Below, one piece after another: positions 23,601 through 36,338 of a DNA stretch of 64,000 nt. Numbering within the stretch: position 1 is the first letter of the stretch; each line of letters begins with the position of its first letter. The notes beneath the pieces were generated by a model. The model was not told the origin of the DNA, made no database searches, and saw only the letters and a program-made list of their open reading frames with translations. This DNA is from Camelus ferus (Eukaryota). The stretch covers positions 18,602,001 to 18,666,000 of the forward strand of contig NC_045697.1 of NCBI RefSeq assembly GCF_009834535.1, given 5' to 3'. The translations under genes and the position numbers were made by a program.

Positions 23601-24469
23601 GACTTTCCCTTTACCATCCTTTACTCTCAGGAGACTTTTCAGGGTCTCCTTACTCAGTAATTTCCAGAAATGTTTGGCTTTGCTGTAGATAATGCACATA
23701 AAATAAAGCTCCTCTCCCCTGATGGGTTCTCCTTTCAAATATTCGATGCTTTTTAAATTTTGTAACTGACAGTTGTTGACTATTTTTGCCTCTAGGGTCT
23801 GTCCTCCTGGTTTAAATTGTCGTTCCAAACTTGCAGTGTAATTGGGATATTGTAGATGGAAAAAGGATGGCGTAACTTTTACTTAACTGGGTGACATAGT
23901 CGAGTAGGTATTTCTTAATTCTGTCTCTGGTACTCAAGGTTAAAGAGCTTTAGCTCTGTTATGTTAGCTCTGGGCCAAAAAAACATGTCATGGACCTCCC
24001 ATTACAGGTGCCTCCATCCTCCACCCTAAGAGGGCATCAGTGTGACTCCAAGGACCAGGTAGATTTTGCCCTCATTTTCCATATATTACTCCCACGGCTT
24101 CATTGCAAAAACCTCCACCCTTCCCTGCCTTTACCTCTGCCTCTCAACTTCCACCACCAACAGGCATGACCCACAATTCACGGTCTCAGGAAACAAAAGG
24201 TACACTGAAATGAATCTCAAAGCAATAGGTGTAGATTGTTCTGTCACACCCTGGAGTGGCTAAAATGCCACTTTTCTTTAATGTTCTAAACCAAATTAAA
24301 CCTTTATCATGCCCTGCATTCAAAAGGATTGAGAGTTACCAAATTCCAGAAATCTTCCGTGATTTATTCTTGCCCCCTGCATCACACAAGAAATTAGGGG
24401 CTTACCCAGATTAGAAATTTAGGGAAAGCCCCTGGTCCTCCATCCATCATTTCAATGATACCCAGGAGC

Positions 24470-25670
24470 TGCTAGTTGCAAAACGCCATGGTAATTTTTT
24501 TCAGTCTTTATCTTATAGCATTTGAGATGGTTGATTTCTCCCTCTTCCCCAGAAATCTTTCTTTCCCCTTCTCTGTCTTGTGCTTCCCCTTTTCTGGTAG
24601 TGACTTGGCTGGTTCCTCCTCCTCTTCTCTAACTCTAAAATTGGTGTACCATCTTTAGACCTCTTCTCCATCTTCACTCCTTGTGTAGATGAGCCAGTGT
24701 AGCCCCGTGGCGCCAAATATCATCATTCTGCACTGATCATTTCTGAAGTGACCTCCAACTCCAACTTCTCCCTTCAACTCTAGACCCATCGAGCTGACTG
24801 CCTACTTGACAGCTCCACTTAGATGCCAACAGACATCTCAAATATGACATGTCCAAAACCCAATCACCTCTCTTCCCCCCAATTCAGCTCCATCTGCATT
24901 CTTTCCTATCTCAGTAAAAACAATTTCATTATACTATTTGCTCAGGGTAAAAACCATGCAGTCATTCTTGACCCCCTCACCTCTCTCTCTCTCTACCCCA
25001 CCCCTGCCATCTCTCTATCTCTATCTCACATTCAATCCATCAACAAATGTGATTGCCTTGTATAGTTTCTCGCCTCCTCCATTTCTACCAGCCTAGTCTA
25101 GGTCACCAGCATATCATTGCCTGCATTATTGCCACAAAGACTCCACTTGCTTCACTTGTGTCCTTATCCCCTAAATCTATTCTTCACAGAGCAGCCAGAG
25201 TAATCCTTTTCCATGAAAATTCTGATTATGTCACTTCCATCCTCAAAACTTTCCAATAGTTTCTCATCACAATCAGAGTAAAATCCAAAGACTTTACAAT
25301 GATCTGCAAGTACTTTCACAATGTTGTTCTCTCTGCCTGGAATACTCTTTCCCAAATACTCATCTGGCTCATTTCCACACCTCCTTTATGTCTGAATTCA
25401 AATGCAGCCTCCTAAGTGGTGCCACCCCCGACCAGCCTATATATATATATATGTCATCTCCCCCGTCTCTCTTTGTCCCCTTGCCAGCTTCATTCTTTAT
25501 GTTCCTTAGCATGATTTGTCATAAAGGTATTTATCTCTGAACGGTCTGTCTCCCTCCTCTGAAGTGTAAGCTCACTGAGAGAAGGGAGTCTGTTTCATTC
25601 ACCGCTCTATCCTCCACTCTTAAATAGGACCTGGCTCAGACTACAGGCTCAGTCTGTTGAGTGAGTAAAT
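24470..25670 (+). mobile_element. L2 (L2a-like) 3' ~1.2 kb
   Basis: Contains ctgcctacttgacagctccacttagatg, cagagcagccagagtaatcctttt, cagagtaaaatccaaag and gtaagctcactgag...tgttgagtgagtaaatga. Confidence 0.85.
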
Positions 25671-26009
25671 GATTGGCCACTGATGCTGCTGCCTGTGGAC
25701 CCGTGTGGAGGGAAAGGCTGCCAGCAGTGATCCTCTCTGATCTTTGCCAAGGTTCCCACACTCACTGCCCTTCGTTCCCAGCCCTCAAAGCTTCCCAGGC
25801 AGCCTTGCTCGAATAACTTCGTGCCTCAGGAGTTCGGCATTAGCACAGGGCGTATTTCTCTACCACTCACCTAATCTGCCCCTCCACACCTCCTCCCTGC
25901 CTTGCAGACTATAACTTCACCACCACCTTTCAAATACAAGTCAAACTGCTTACTTTTCCCCCAGAGAAAAGGAGAACGCTGCAAAGCATGCATATAGCAT
26001 AACATACTT

Positions 26010-26200
26010 AATAGACTTTGGAGGCCAAATTCTTGCATATCCGAATCCTGGTTACTTAACCGCTGTGTGGCTTGGGGCAAGTTTCTCTCTGACTTAATTT
26101 CCTTATCTGCAAAATAGAGGTGATAAGAGTCTCTTCCTCAGAGGTTTGTTGTAAGAATGAAAGCAGTTAATTTATGTTAAGTGCTTGGAATCATGGTATG
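26010..26200 (+). mobile_element. MIR SINE
   Basis: Contains ctgtgtggcttggggcaagtt...ttccttatctgcaaaatagaggtgataa. Confidence 0.75.
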
Positions 26201-26774
26201 TGTTCACTACTATTTTTGTAAAATGTTGGTCTCTTTTATAAGGGAGGTGACCTCTGAAGAGACTTTTTTCTTCTCTGAGGATTTTATGGCAGAAGAAGGG
26301 AAGGGGCAGGGAGGAGGAGGGCAGGGGAGAGAAAGAGCCATTGGTGCCCAAGAGAAAAAGAGACAGATACACAAGGTAATAGCTCTTAAAAGCCCCATTT
26401 TAGGCAGGTAGAGTAAAATTTCACATCAAAATAACTCATGGTTGGAGAGAGGTGTGTTGAACCATTCTCAGAGCTTCCCTCAGTTGGAGATAACTGTAGG
26501 GCTGCTGTGAGGAGTAAATTCATTCCTTCATCAAATATCCACTAACACTTAACCATAGGCCAGAACAGCACACAGGAGATACACAAAGTTAATACAAGCA
26601 AGCACAATTTCAACTGGAAGTCCATGCTTAATGAATGTATCTATTCTTGATGTGAAGCCATTCTACCCTGGGAAGGTTGGGAGGAACGTTAAAATCAGTA
26701 ATATTCATTGAATTATTTCCCAAATCCATGCTCACTCTAACGTGTAAAGCTTTCCCACACACAATCCTACTTCT

Positions 26775-27330
26775 TCCAGCGACCTGCCTTCCAGAAATCG
26801 GCTCAGCTTGGGCCTCAGGGCGCTGGAGAAGGTGGCCTGGCCAGGCCAGGGGTTGCCTGACCCCTTTGGCCTAGGTGCCTTTGAGACCCCGCGGCCGCCT
26901 CCCGGGCTCCGTGGCAGCGCAGCTCCCTGGGGGATCCAGCATCCCGCAGCCAGCGCAGGGCATCGCTGGGTGGAGGGGTGGAGGGCTGGTGGAGGGGGGG
27001 CGTACAGAGCATCCAGAGCTCAATCCAGACGTCTGGGGCGCAGGGCCAGAGCCCTGTGTGGAGCGCCCCCGAGGTTTCTGCCCGGGAGTGTTTTCGGGAG
27101 CTGGGTCTGCTGGCAGGTGGGAGCCAGACCGGGGCGCATCTGTTTAGGCCCCACGGGGGGCTTGGAGAGGGGCTGCGAGGAGACCTGCGCCCAGATCAGT
27201 CCCACAGCTGGGTGTCTGCAGGGTCCTGTGGAATGAAGCGTCATCCTGAGGCAGAAGATGCTTTGGTTTATTTTCTTCTAATGCGCGGTCCAGGGATGTC
27301 TCTCCATCACAAGCATTGCTGAGCGCATGC
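26775..27330. promoter_or_regulatory. Small CpG-island-like GC-rich segment
   Basis: Dense CpG, including GCGGCCGC at 26891-26898, in an otherwise CpG-depleted window. No recognisable repeat or coding sequence. Confidence 0.55.
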
Positions 27331-30300
27331 ATTGAAGAGTAGGTTGGGATGAGAGGGTGACATGCACCAGGGATGGGCCCACTGGGACTGGCCTTTCGAT
27401 AATTGCTTCATGACCTCTCTGCTCTTCCCCACTCTACCCAAATAGTCATTTCAGATCAACCAGAGGAGGATTTATTGCCATGACAGTCAGGAGCGGGAAG
27501 TTCTGGTCCTGAGGCTCCCTCTCTCTTGCTGTGGACCCTCAGCCTTGTTGTTTAACCTCCCCTGGCCTTCATTCCATCGACTTAAAATGACTCAGTTGGG
27601 CAGGTGATCTCTAAGGATTCTTTCCAACCCTAAGCTTCAGTGGTTTGTTTTGTTTGTTTGTTTGTTTTAATTTGGAAGAAATAGAAGACACAGTTCTTGC
27701 ACTCAAGGAATATTGAATCTAGCTAAGGAAATTGTTCTCATTCCCGTGAAAGAGGAGATAACCTCTGAGGATAGGACATAAGGAAAGGTTCCCTGAGTGC
27801 TCTGTTCAGGAAGACTGAGAGTTCTGGAAATGACTCACAAAGGAAGGCAGCTGGCCAGGTCCTTGGGTTTGGATAGGTGCAGCCCCATCATCTGTGTAAT
27901 CACCCAATGTATTTATGGGCAAGGGTAGCTGGTGGGGACCCTCACAGATGAGGCCTTGCAAAGAGGTAGCACAGTGGGACGAAATGACCTGCTTGTTAGT
28001 CCAAGTTGGAAGTGACCTGGCTCCACTGTGAGACACACCTGGACATCCCAGCACTGTTACTAGCTGTAAGCTGCTCGGCCTCAATTCTCTCATCTCGACC
28101 ATAGTTCTGCTCTCATAATACATTTGTCAGGATTCAATACAAGTAAAGCTTGCAAAGTGCTTATCACAATGCATGGTAGACAGTAAGCGCTCAATAATTG
28201 TTAGCAGTAGCCTTGTTTTATGACTGTCAGTATGTGTCCAGCATGACCTTCCTGAGATAGGCTGAAAATAATCCCACCCTCTGAATTCATTTCACCCGAA
28301 GACACGTGTCAGAAAACTGCAAGAATCTGGCAAGGGCAGAATTGGCCACCTTTCCAAGGGTGGGACATGCCAAGGGACATGCCAAGCTCCCCATCTCAGC
28401 ACCAGGGGCCACGTGGCTGAAAGGAGGGGTCTCTGATAGCAGAGTCACATGTGGGTGGGGCTTAGGAAGACAGAGGGTGCCCACTGGCCACCAGGAGCAC
28501 AGGTTAGGGGTCAACCAGCAGGTCCTCAGAGGGGACATGTGGCGACAGCTCTTGGCTCAGTCTTTCCCAGGCAGGGCACAGTGGCAGCTCCAGCCCTGTG
28601 CCATTTTTCATTGCCAACTGTTAGCGTATAGGACTTTGCTCCACCGTCTTCACAGCATAGGATAACCCAGTGCAGACCGTGAAAGGCAGAAAAAGGCTGG
28701 TAGATTCAGGAGTGATGATGTGGGATTCCTTTCTAGCTTTTCTTATTGCCCCGCCCCACCCCTCACAGTTAGGCATTGCATTTACACTTAAAATGAAAAT
28801 CCAGACCAAAGTTACAAAGAATAAGGACAAATAACCCCACCCAATCTGCTGAGTTGAGTAGATAAATGCATGTTTTCTTTGTAAATATATGCACATGTAA
28901 ACATGTGGCGTAGAGGCTTATGCCCAAAATAAATTGATAATATGATAGTCTAAAAGAAAACACAAAACCTTTCCTACTTCCCTCCTTAAACATCCCAGCC
29001 ACCGCCACACTCCTCCCAATCCAAAATGGAAAGATTTAAGACATTTTAAAGTAGACAGCCCCATCGCATCTGCAATATGATTATTTTCTTTCAAAGCAAT
29101 GGTTTTCACTTACCAACATTGATTTATTTTTGTCTAGTTTGGGGTTTTCCCTCTTAGTGTGACGAGTCTAAGTGAAAAATTTAGCAGTGAGAGGCAATGA
29201 GACCATCCTCCTGGAATTAAAAGTCGCCCCAGGTTATCTCCTTTCTCCAAAGGTCGCGATTTCTTCCTCGGTCCCTCCCAGAAGCTCACCGTGGCGGCTG
29301 CTTTCTGAGAGTTTATGTGTAACTTCCTTCACTGCTGAGGCCAGGATCTAGGTTAACTTCTGGAAGTATCTTTGGAAACTAATGCCCAGGCAAAACTCCA
29401 AGAAAAAGAGGCACATGGTGAGGAACTGACATAATTTTTTAACACCACAACCAGCATATTTCTGGAGGCAACTGCAGCCAAAAACGGGGTTGCCAAGATC
29501 AATATTGATCTAGTCCTTCATCCAATCAACAAATGCCATTGTTTATAAGATATAATTTTTCTTGGTTAAAGTTCAAAGTTAAACTCCAAGGATTTTCAAA
29601 ACTATAAAAATGAGAGGCTTTCATACCCTCAAAAAAAAAAAAAAATTCTTGGCCAGTTTTCCTCCTTCATGGGTTTTCACAGTCACTATAAGAAACATAG
29701 CCAAGAAAACATTTTTGGGTCTTTTTTCCTCTGAACTCTGGTAGCTTTTAAAAGGAGGATTATGCTAAATATCTACATAAAAGTCCCTTAAATCTTGGTA
29801 CCTCTTCTGAAAATCATGGCGTGTCAGCTGCACAGGTGACTAAGGGTTGCATTTCTGTTCCATGGCTACCCACCTGCAGAATTCCATAAATCAATTCAGC
29901 CTTTTCCAGATTTAGACTCAACAGCCCTCTCCTTTCCTAGCCCTCTTTTTTAATGTGGAAATGACAGAGTCTTTTCTAAGCCCCTTGGAGTAAGGCAAAG
30001 TGTTCTGTGGCTCGCGTCTGATTCCGAAATGGAAAACCTTCGTGAGTAAATGGTGAGCAGATGGTGCTTTGGAAACAAGTTCCTCGTGGTTCTTCTAGAT
30101 CCAGACGAGCATCCACTTCTGGGAGCTGGTGTCAGCGACAAGCAGGTCAGGTTTCAGATGTGGAAGCAGGGTGGGATAATAGTTAGATCTGTGAGATCTC
30201 AAATTGGGCACCTTCTTTCCTAAAAAAAAAAAAAAAAAGAGTCTTAACAGAGACCAGACTTTCCCCTCCACACCTGCCTTCCCCCAAGAAGACCTGGCAG

Positions 30301-31137
30301 AATGGCTTGTACGCACATGTAGCTGAGAGTCTGCTGACTGATGGATCGATTGGTTCCTCTGTGGATGCCTACAGAATACTGATCACTTCCTATGGAGATG
30401 CTGCTCAGTTCACTCTTCTGGTTTGGAGGAGACGTGAGCTGAGGACGCGAGCATCCACTCCTACCACAAATGGTCATTGAGCGCCTATCACATACCAGGC
30501 TCTTGTCTAGACTCTGGGGGGTCCAGCCATGAATAAAACAGACAAGGAGTCCTTGCCCTCTAGGAGCTTATGCTTTAATGGGAGGAGAGCACGTAGATTA
30601 TGAACAATGAACTAATCTCTTCGAGGAGATACCTTGAGTACATTTATGTGATACTCTTTAACAAAAGACAGGAAGAGGAAGGAAACAATTGGAAGCCAGC
30701 AAGCTGTGACTCTGCGCTCTGGGACACAGCAATGGGAGTTTGGAAACCACCACAGCCCACCAAACACTGAGCCATCACAAGACCAAGAACCCAAAGGCTA
30801 ATTTTGACCACAGACATCTTTTGCCAGCACCGACACCTCACATTTGTACAGAACTTTCCAGTCTGCCAAGAGCTTTCACAGACACTGCTTCCTACAGTCC
30901 TCACAATAGCCCTGCAGGGTGGGCAGAAATGATCATTCCTGTCCTGTCGATGAGGAAAGAGGGGTTTCAAGACCAAGAATGCCTTGCACAAGGCATGAAA
31001 CGCACATAGCAGGGCTGGGCTTCAAACTCAGTAGAACAATAGCAATAACAATAAATATAGTGCTTACTACATACTCAGCACTATTCTAAGAGCTTTATAC
31101 GAGTTGACCCATTTTAATTCTTAAAACATCCCGATGA

Positions 31138-31218
31138 AATTGTGCTCTACACTGGAATTTGACACAACATTGTAAAATGATTATAAATCAATAAAAAATG
31201 TTAAAAAAAAAAAAAAAA
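31138..31218 (+). mobile_element. Severely 5'-truncated young L1 terminus (~80 bp) inside a MIR
   Basis: Reads tgtgctctacactggaatttgacacaacattgtaaaatgattataaatcaataaaaaatgtt(A)n. Imperfect TSD aaaacatcccgatga / aagaaatcccaatga. Confidence 0.8.
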
Positions 31219-32088
31219 GAAATCCCAATGAGGTAGATGTGATGATTTTCCCCATCGTACTGATGAGATCATTTAGACACAGAACAGTTGAATCATTTGC
31301 CTATGGCCACACAGCTAAAAAGTGGCAAAGCTTGGATTCAAACTCTTGTCTTTCAAACTTAAGCAGCCTCCTCCAACCTTGGCTGCAGCTCCAGGCCTAA
31401 GGGCAAGGCGTTCTCTCAGTGCAGAAAAGGTCGGTCCATTGAGCAACTGGCCAGGAACACATGAATAGCGACACACCAGAGATGCCACCTATTACAAAGA
31501 ACAATTGTCTCTCTGTGTTAATAACATAGTTCAAGAGTGGTCGTAACATTAAGAGGGAAAGAAACACAAAGGATTTTTTTTAAAAGGACTGTCTAAAGAT
31601 CCCTTTGCTGCAAGCCATACATCCCATTAGGATGAAGCTGGTTTATCTGTTACTCCTTTGAATTAATAGAGGACCATGATTTGCATGATTTTCTTGCTTA
31701 ATTTTAACCACCCTGTGATGTCTGTCTTCTCTGAACTCTGGCTCCACCCTGTATTTACAAGATAATATTACATGTAATTATATTTTGCTTTGTACTCTCA
31801 CATAATTATTCCATGTATTCGCATCCTGTCCCCCCAAAACAAATTATAAGATATTCAATAACTGAGATCTGTATTGAATGCTTTCATTGGCCTTTCAGGA
31901 TTAACCTAGGTACTCAATCAGTGTTTGTGGACTGCTTGAATGATGATCTTTAAGATGAATTCTAAGTTGCCCTTCAGAAATCTTTGTGCTTATTTCAAAT
32001 GGTTGGCTAGAGAGATTTGCTGTTCTTTGTTTTCTTGGAGTTAAAACCATAACTATTCAAGTATAAAAACAGGGTGCTGATAAATGTT

Positions 32089-32260
32089 TAGCAGCCAGCC
32101 CTCCAGGGAAAAAAGAAAAAAAAAAAGGCCTTGATCTCCAGCATTTCCCTCAGTATAAATTCTCTCACCATGGCCAAGCTCATGCTACCAGCATGATGTC
32201 AACTGGCTTGCAAAATTCCTGAAAATTTAACAATCGATTTTATTAAGCTGGTACAAAACT
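32089..32260. mobile_element. MER63-like hAT DNA transposon fossil
   Basis: gtgctgataaatgtttagcagccagccctccaggga(A)n...ctcaccatggccaagctcatgctaccagc matches the MER63 pattern. Confidence 0.7.
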
Positions 32261-33373
32261 ACAGTTTCTCCCCCTGAAATAGGATCTTTGCTGGTTATAA
32301 GGACTTTTGGTTCTCTATCTCAACAAAGGCTTTCTTAGTGGGCAATTGTATCCAGGTTTGTCTGAAGTATAAGACTTTAGGTTTGGATATATACTAATTT
32401 GAAATACAAACCTTAGCCATGTAGCAATCACTCAGTCATTCGAGAATCAGGTTGTGGAAAAGGTTCTGTATTTAAATTGATGAAACTGAAAAACTGAAAT
32501 CTGTTATTTTAAGCCAAACAAACAACCAAGCTCCATGCTACCTCCTGCCTTCTTTCCTCCCTCTGTTCCTTCTTCCATCACTTCACCTCCTTTACTTCTC
32601 ATGCCATTTTCATTCCCAGAGGCAGATTTTGCTCTTAACTTATGGTGACGTTGGTGGAATAAGAAAACACCTTTGAGGCCAGTGATCTTGCCAACCTAAA
32701 TCCACGTGATAATCACCACAGAACTTAAAACAACTGTTGGATTGGTTTTCCTTCTAGCCAGTCTTCCAGAAAGTCCTTCTTCTAATTCAACTTTTTATTC
32801 AGGGTTCCTGAAGTGTCCTTAATGGGATATGTACTGGCCACAGTTGTTTTAGAGGAAAAGAGACAAACCTCAATACAGTTTGGAGAGTTTTACAAGGTTC
32901 TACAGTTGAGAATGTTGTCTTCCCTGAATTTATAAAGATTCTAGCAGCCAGTTAGAAGCCCAGGCCCTCCTCTTCACTGAACCTCTTGTTATGAGAATAT
33001 CTATTCAGCACATGAGGGGAGGGAGGGTTAAGGCCGGTCCACATAGAGAAACTGGCTCTTCTGCAGCCTGGCTGACTGGCCTGTCCGGGCGCCGAGAGCA
33101 GCAGAATGTGATGACATTGATTCAGAATCATCCTCATTGAATCAAAAATCATTAGTATTTTGTTTAAAATAAGAGCTGTATGACTTTAACAGGTTTTTAA
33201 AGGAAAATAAGGAAATCGCTTTTATTTCAATGTTTATTTCAAATATCAATGAGACTTTTGTTAAATTCATTATGTCAGACCTACTTTTATTGACTACACT
33301 GGTTCTCAGACCCTGAAGTGAGCTTGCATTCTCTTTTTTTCTCACAAGCAAGTTATTAATATGAATGCAGTTC

Positions 33374-33469
33374 TTTTTTTTTTTTTTTTTCAAATGGAGG
33401 TAGTGGGGATTGAACCCAGAACCCCATGCATGCAAGGCATGTAATCTACCACTGAGATATGCCCTCCCC
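33374..33469 (-). mobile_element. Camelid tRNA-Ala-derived SINE, short form (tRNA head plus poly(A))
   Basis: Minus strand reads GGGGAGGGCATATCTCAGTGGTAG...GGGTTCAATCCCCACTACCTCCA, then TTTG and a 17-nt A run. Confidence 0.88.
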
Positions 33470-34313
33470 TAAATTCTCCTTCTGTCCTTTTTCCTACGTG
33501 TGTCTGGCTCTTTTGTCCATGTGCCAAAGGAAAGCCTAGTCATGGGTGCTTTCAACCCAAGAGGCTGAATGAAACCTTTCTCCACGTGATTTTGGATTAC
33601 ATGGTTTGTTTTTTTTTTTCTCTCCAAGTTGACCATAATCTCCGTGCAAGCACAGGCAAAGTATTCTGTTTCTACCCAGATCCCCTGCACATTGCAGAGC
33701 ACACTGTGTGTGCAATCCCATAATTTTCAGAGCTCGGAGGGTCTTTGGTCAGATCCACTAACCTAAGCTTCATGACTTCAGTCCATGGAGGCAGTCTTAT
33801 TCAAGGTGTTCGTGAGGTGTCCGTGACCTCTCTGAGGTCCCATAGAAAGCAGTGTACGCAGCTGTGTGTGGACACACATGCCTGTGCCTGTTGGCATTTT
33901 ACTGCGGAGAAATGTTCATCAGATTCTCAAGAATGTTAATTTGTTAAACCTCTGGGGATTGGGACATCTGACAGAGAGAGAAAGTGAGCCCAGAAAGAAT
34001 AGATCCTGCCACAATAAATAATCATTACATCTGTACATTCATGAAGGAATTATTTGTTTGATTGTGAGAAACATTTCATATACGATAGCTTCACAACTTT
34101 AAGGTATACAATGCAGTGAGTTTCAGTAAACTCAGAGTTGTGTAACCATCCCCACTATCTAATAGGGACTACTTACTGAGAGCCTTTGTGCCAAGCAGAG
34201 TTCTTCATACAATGGATGTAGCTGTGGAAACAAGAGGAATGACATCTCTACCCTCAAGAAACTTCTGTCCAGGCAGACAGTAAATTTTAAGTAATCAAGC
34301 AAGTGGACAACCC

Positions 34314-34725
34314 TGTTGTGGGTTGAATTGTGTTCCCCCCAACCAAAAACAAAAAAATTCATAGGTTGAAGTCCTAGTCCTCAGTACTTCAGAATGTGAC
34401 CTTACTTGGAAAGAGGGTTATGGCAGATGTAATTAGTTAAAATGAGGTCACACTGGAGAAGGGTGCGCCCCTCATCCCCTTTATAAAGAGGGGAAATTTG
34501 GAAGCAGATGCATCCACAAGGAGAACACAATTTGAAGCTAAAGGCAGAGATCGGAGTCATGCAGCAGAAGCCAAGGAACTCCCCAGACTGCCAGCAACCA
34601 CCAGAGGCTGGGGGAGGGGCCAGGAGCAGATTCTCTTTCACAATCTTCAGAAGGAACTAACCCTGCCAACATTGTGATCTCGTCTTCCAGTCACCCAGTC
34701 TACAGTACTTTGTTTCGTCAGCCCG
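34314..34725 (+). mobile_element. MaLR solo LTR (MLT1C-like)
   Basis: Contains tgttgtgggttgaattgtgttcccccc...gttgaagtcctagtcctcagtacttcagaatgtgaccttacttggaaa...gccagcaaccaccagaggct. Confidence 0.88.
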
Positions 34726-34749
34726 ATTTAGCTTGCAGTCTGCCTACAG

Positions 34750-35500
34750 AGGAAATTATAAGGGTGCCACAGGATAGTTGGGAAAGGGGGTTACTTTTTA
34801 CTTTGTACAGAGGATCATAATGGAAGCCTTCTTTGAGAAGAAGCTTCGCGTGGGAAAATGAGAAGGAGCCACTATTTTGAGCATCATAAAAGAGCATTCC
34901 TGACAGAGGATACAGCAAATGCAAAGGCCCTGAGGCAGGAATGAGATTAGCCAGTTAGAAGAACAGAGGGATGATGGGTGAGGCTGTGGCATGGGGGTCA
35001 TTGGTGACAGCTGTACCAGATGAAAAAGGAAAGGTTGACAAGGGCTGGATCCACCATGACTTAGGAGGCCATGGTGGTGAGTTCAGGTGTTCTTCTAAAT
35101 GCAGTGAAAAGCGATTGAAAGATTTCAATCAGAGGATTGTCAAGAGCAGATTTATGTCTGGAAAGATGACTCTGGCTGTTGAGTACAGACTAGATTGTAA
35201 GACAGCAGGCTGTGAATCTGTGGGGAGGCCTTGGTCAAAGTCCAGTAGTGGGAGGATGGTGGCTTGAACCAGAGGGGAGGTTTGCAGTGGGTGAGAGGCA
35301 GGACACCTGGAGATGTGTTCTGAACAGAGAACGAACAGCTCTGGCTAAGAGAGGTGATAGCAACAGAGAAAATAAAGGTATCACTCAAGTCAGGGGATTG
35401 CCCGGCTCAGTGGAGGGGGGTGCCATTCACCAAGATGGAAAGGCTGGTAAAGGTACAGATTCGGGGGAAAATATCAAGAGTCTGTTCAACTCCTGTAAAG
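34750..35500 (-). mobile_element. L2 fragment
   Basis: Contains agagcattcctgacagagg...tgcaaaggccctgaggcagga...ggaaagatgactctggctg. Confidence 0.8.
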
Positions 35501-35899
35501 TTTAAAGGGACTCATAGATACTCAAATGTACTTGCTAATTAATTGAAATATGTTTTTAAGTAAACAACTATCTATTCAAAGTGAATTCAACCAATTGTGC
35601 TGAGAGAACATTTCTGAGATTTTGCAGCACCTCCTGCAATAATAGGAGGCACATTGGAGTATCCTGTGAACAGGGCTGCAAGTCCCACTCCAGGCTCCCT
35701 CATCTAAGAGGAGAGCGACGGGGCACACTGGAGGTTTATCCGGAAATTGCTGCCTTTTAGCATCTCTTGGCTCATCTCCCCAACCCCACTCTCCCCAGTC
35801 CCTCTCATCTCCCTGCTAGTCTCCTGGACTTGGTTCATTCAAGAAATTGTTGAGGCCCCAGTGCTCACAGTCAGCATGGTGGGTGAAAGTTGTACAGCC

Positions 35900-36338
35900 G
35901 CGTGGATGTCTCCTTGGGTTATGGTCACAAATTACCACCAACTTGGTGGCTTCAAACAGCAGAAATTTATTCTCTGAGTTCTTGACACCAGAAGTCTGAA
36001 ATCGGCAAGGCTGCATTCCCTTCTCAGGCCCGAGGGGAGAATCCTTGCTTCCGGCTCCCAGGTTCTGGCGGCTCCAAGTTCTTCCTGCCTTATGGCCGCA
36101 TCACTCAGTCTCTGCCTCCATCTTCACATGGCCCTCTCTTCTGTGGCCTCCAAACTCCCTCTGCCTTTCCCTTATAAGGTCACTTAGCGTTGGATTTAAG
36201 TCCTGCGTGGATAATCCAGTGTGATCTCACCTGCAGACGCTTAACCACATCTACAAAGACCCTTTTTCTAAACAAGGTTACATTTACAGGTACTAGATGG
36301 ACATATCTTGGGAGAGAGGGGACCATCCCTCAACTGAC
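35900..36338 (-). mobile_element. MaLR solo LTR (MLT1C/D-like)
   Basis: Contains acaaattaccaccaacttggtggcttcaaacagcagaaatttattctc...cagtctctgcctccatcttcacatggc...catctacaaagaccctttttctaaacaaggt. Confidence 0.88.

Noticed and set aside
26677..27332. Overlapping ORFs of 60-142 aa in the GC-rich patch
   Set aside because: These are Arg/Gly/Pro/Ala-rich ORFs in several frames on both strands, as expected from stop-codon depletion in GC-rich DNA.
30099..30145. Plus-strand 47-nt exon-like segment (ttcttctag|ATCCAG...AAGCAG|gtcagg)
   Set aside because: The donor is mediocre, no partner exons were found and the peptides are unrecognised.
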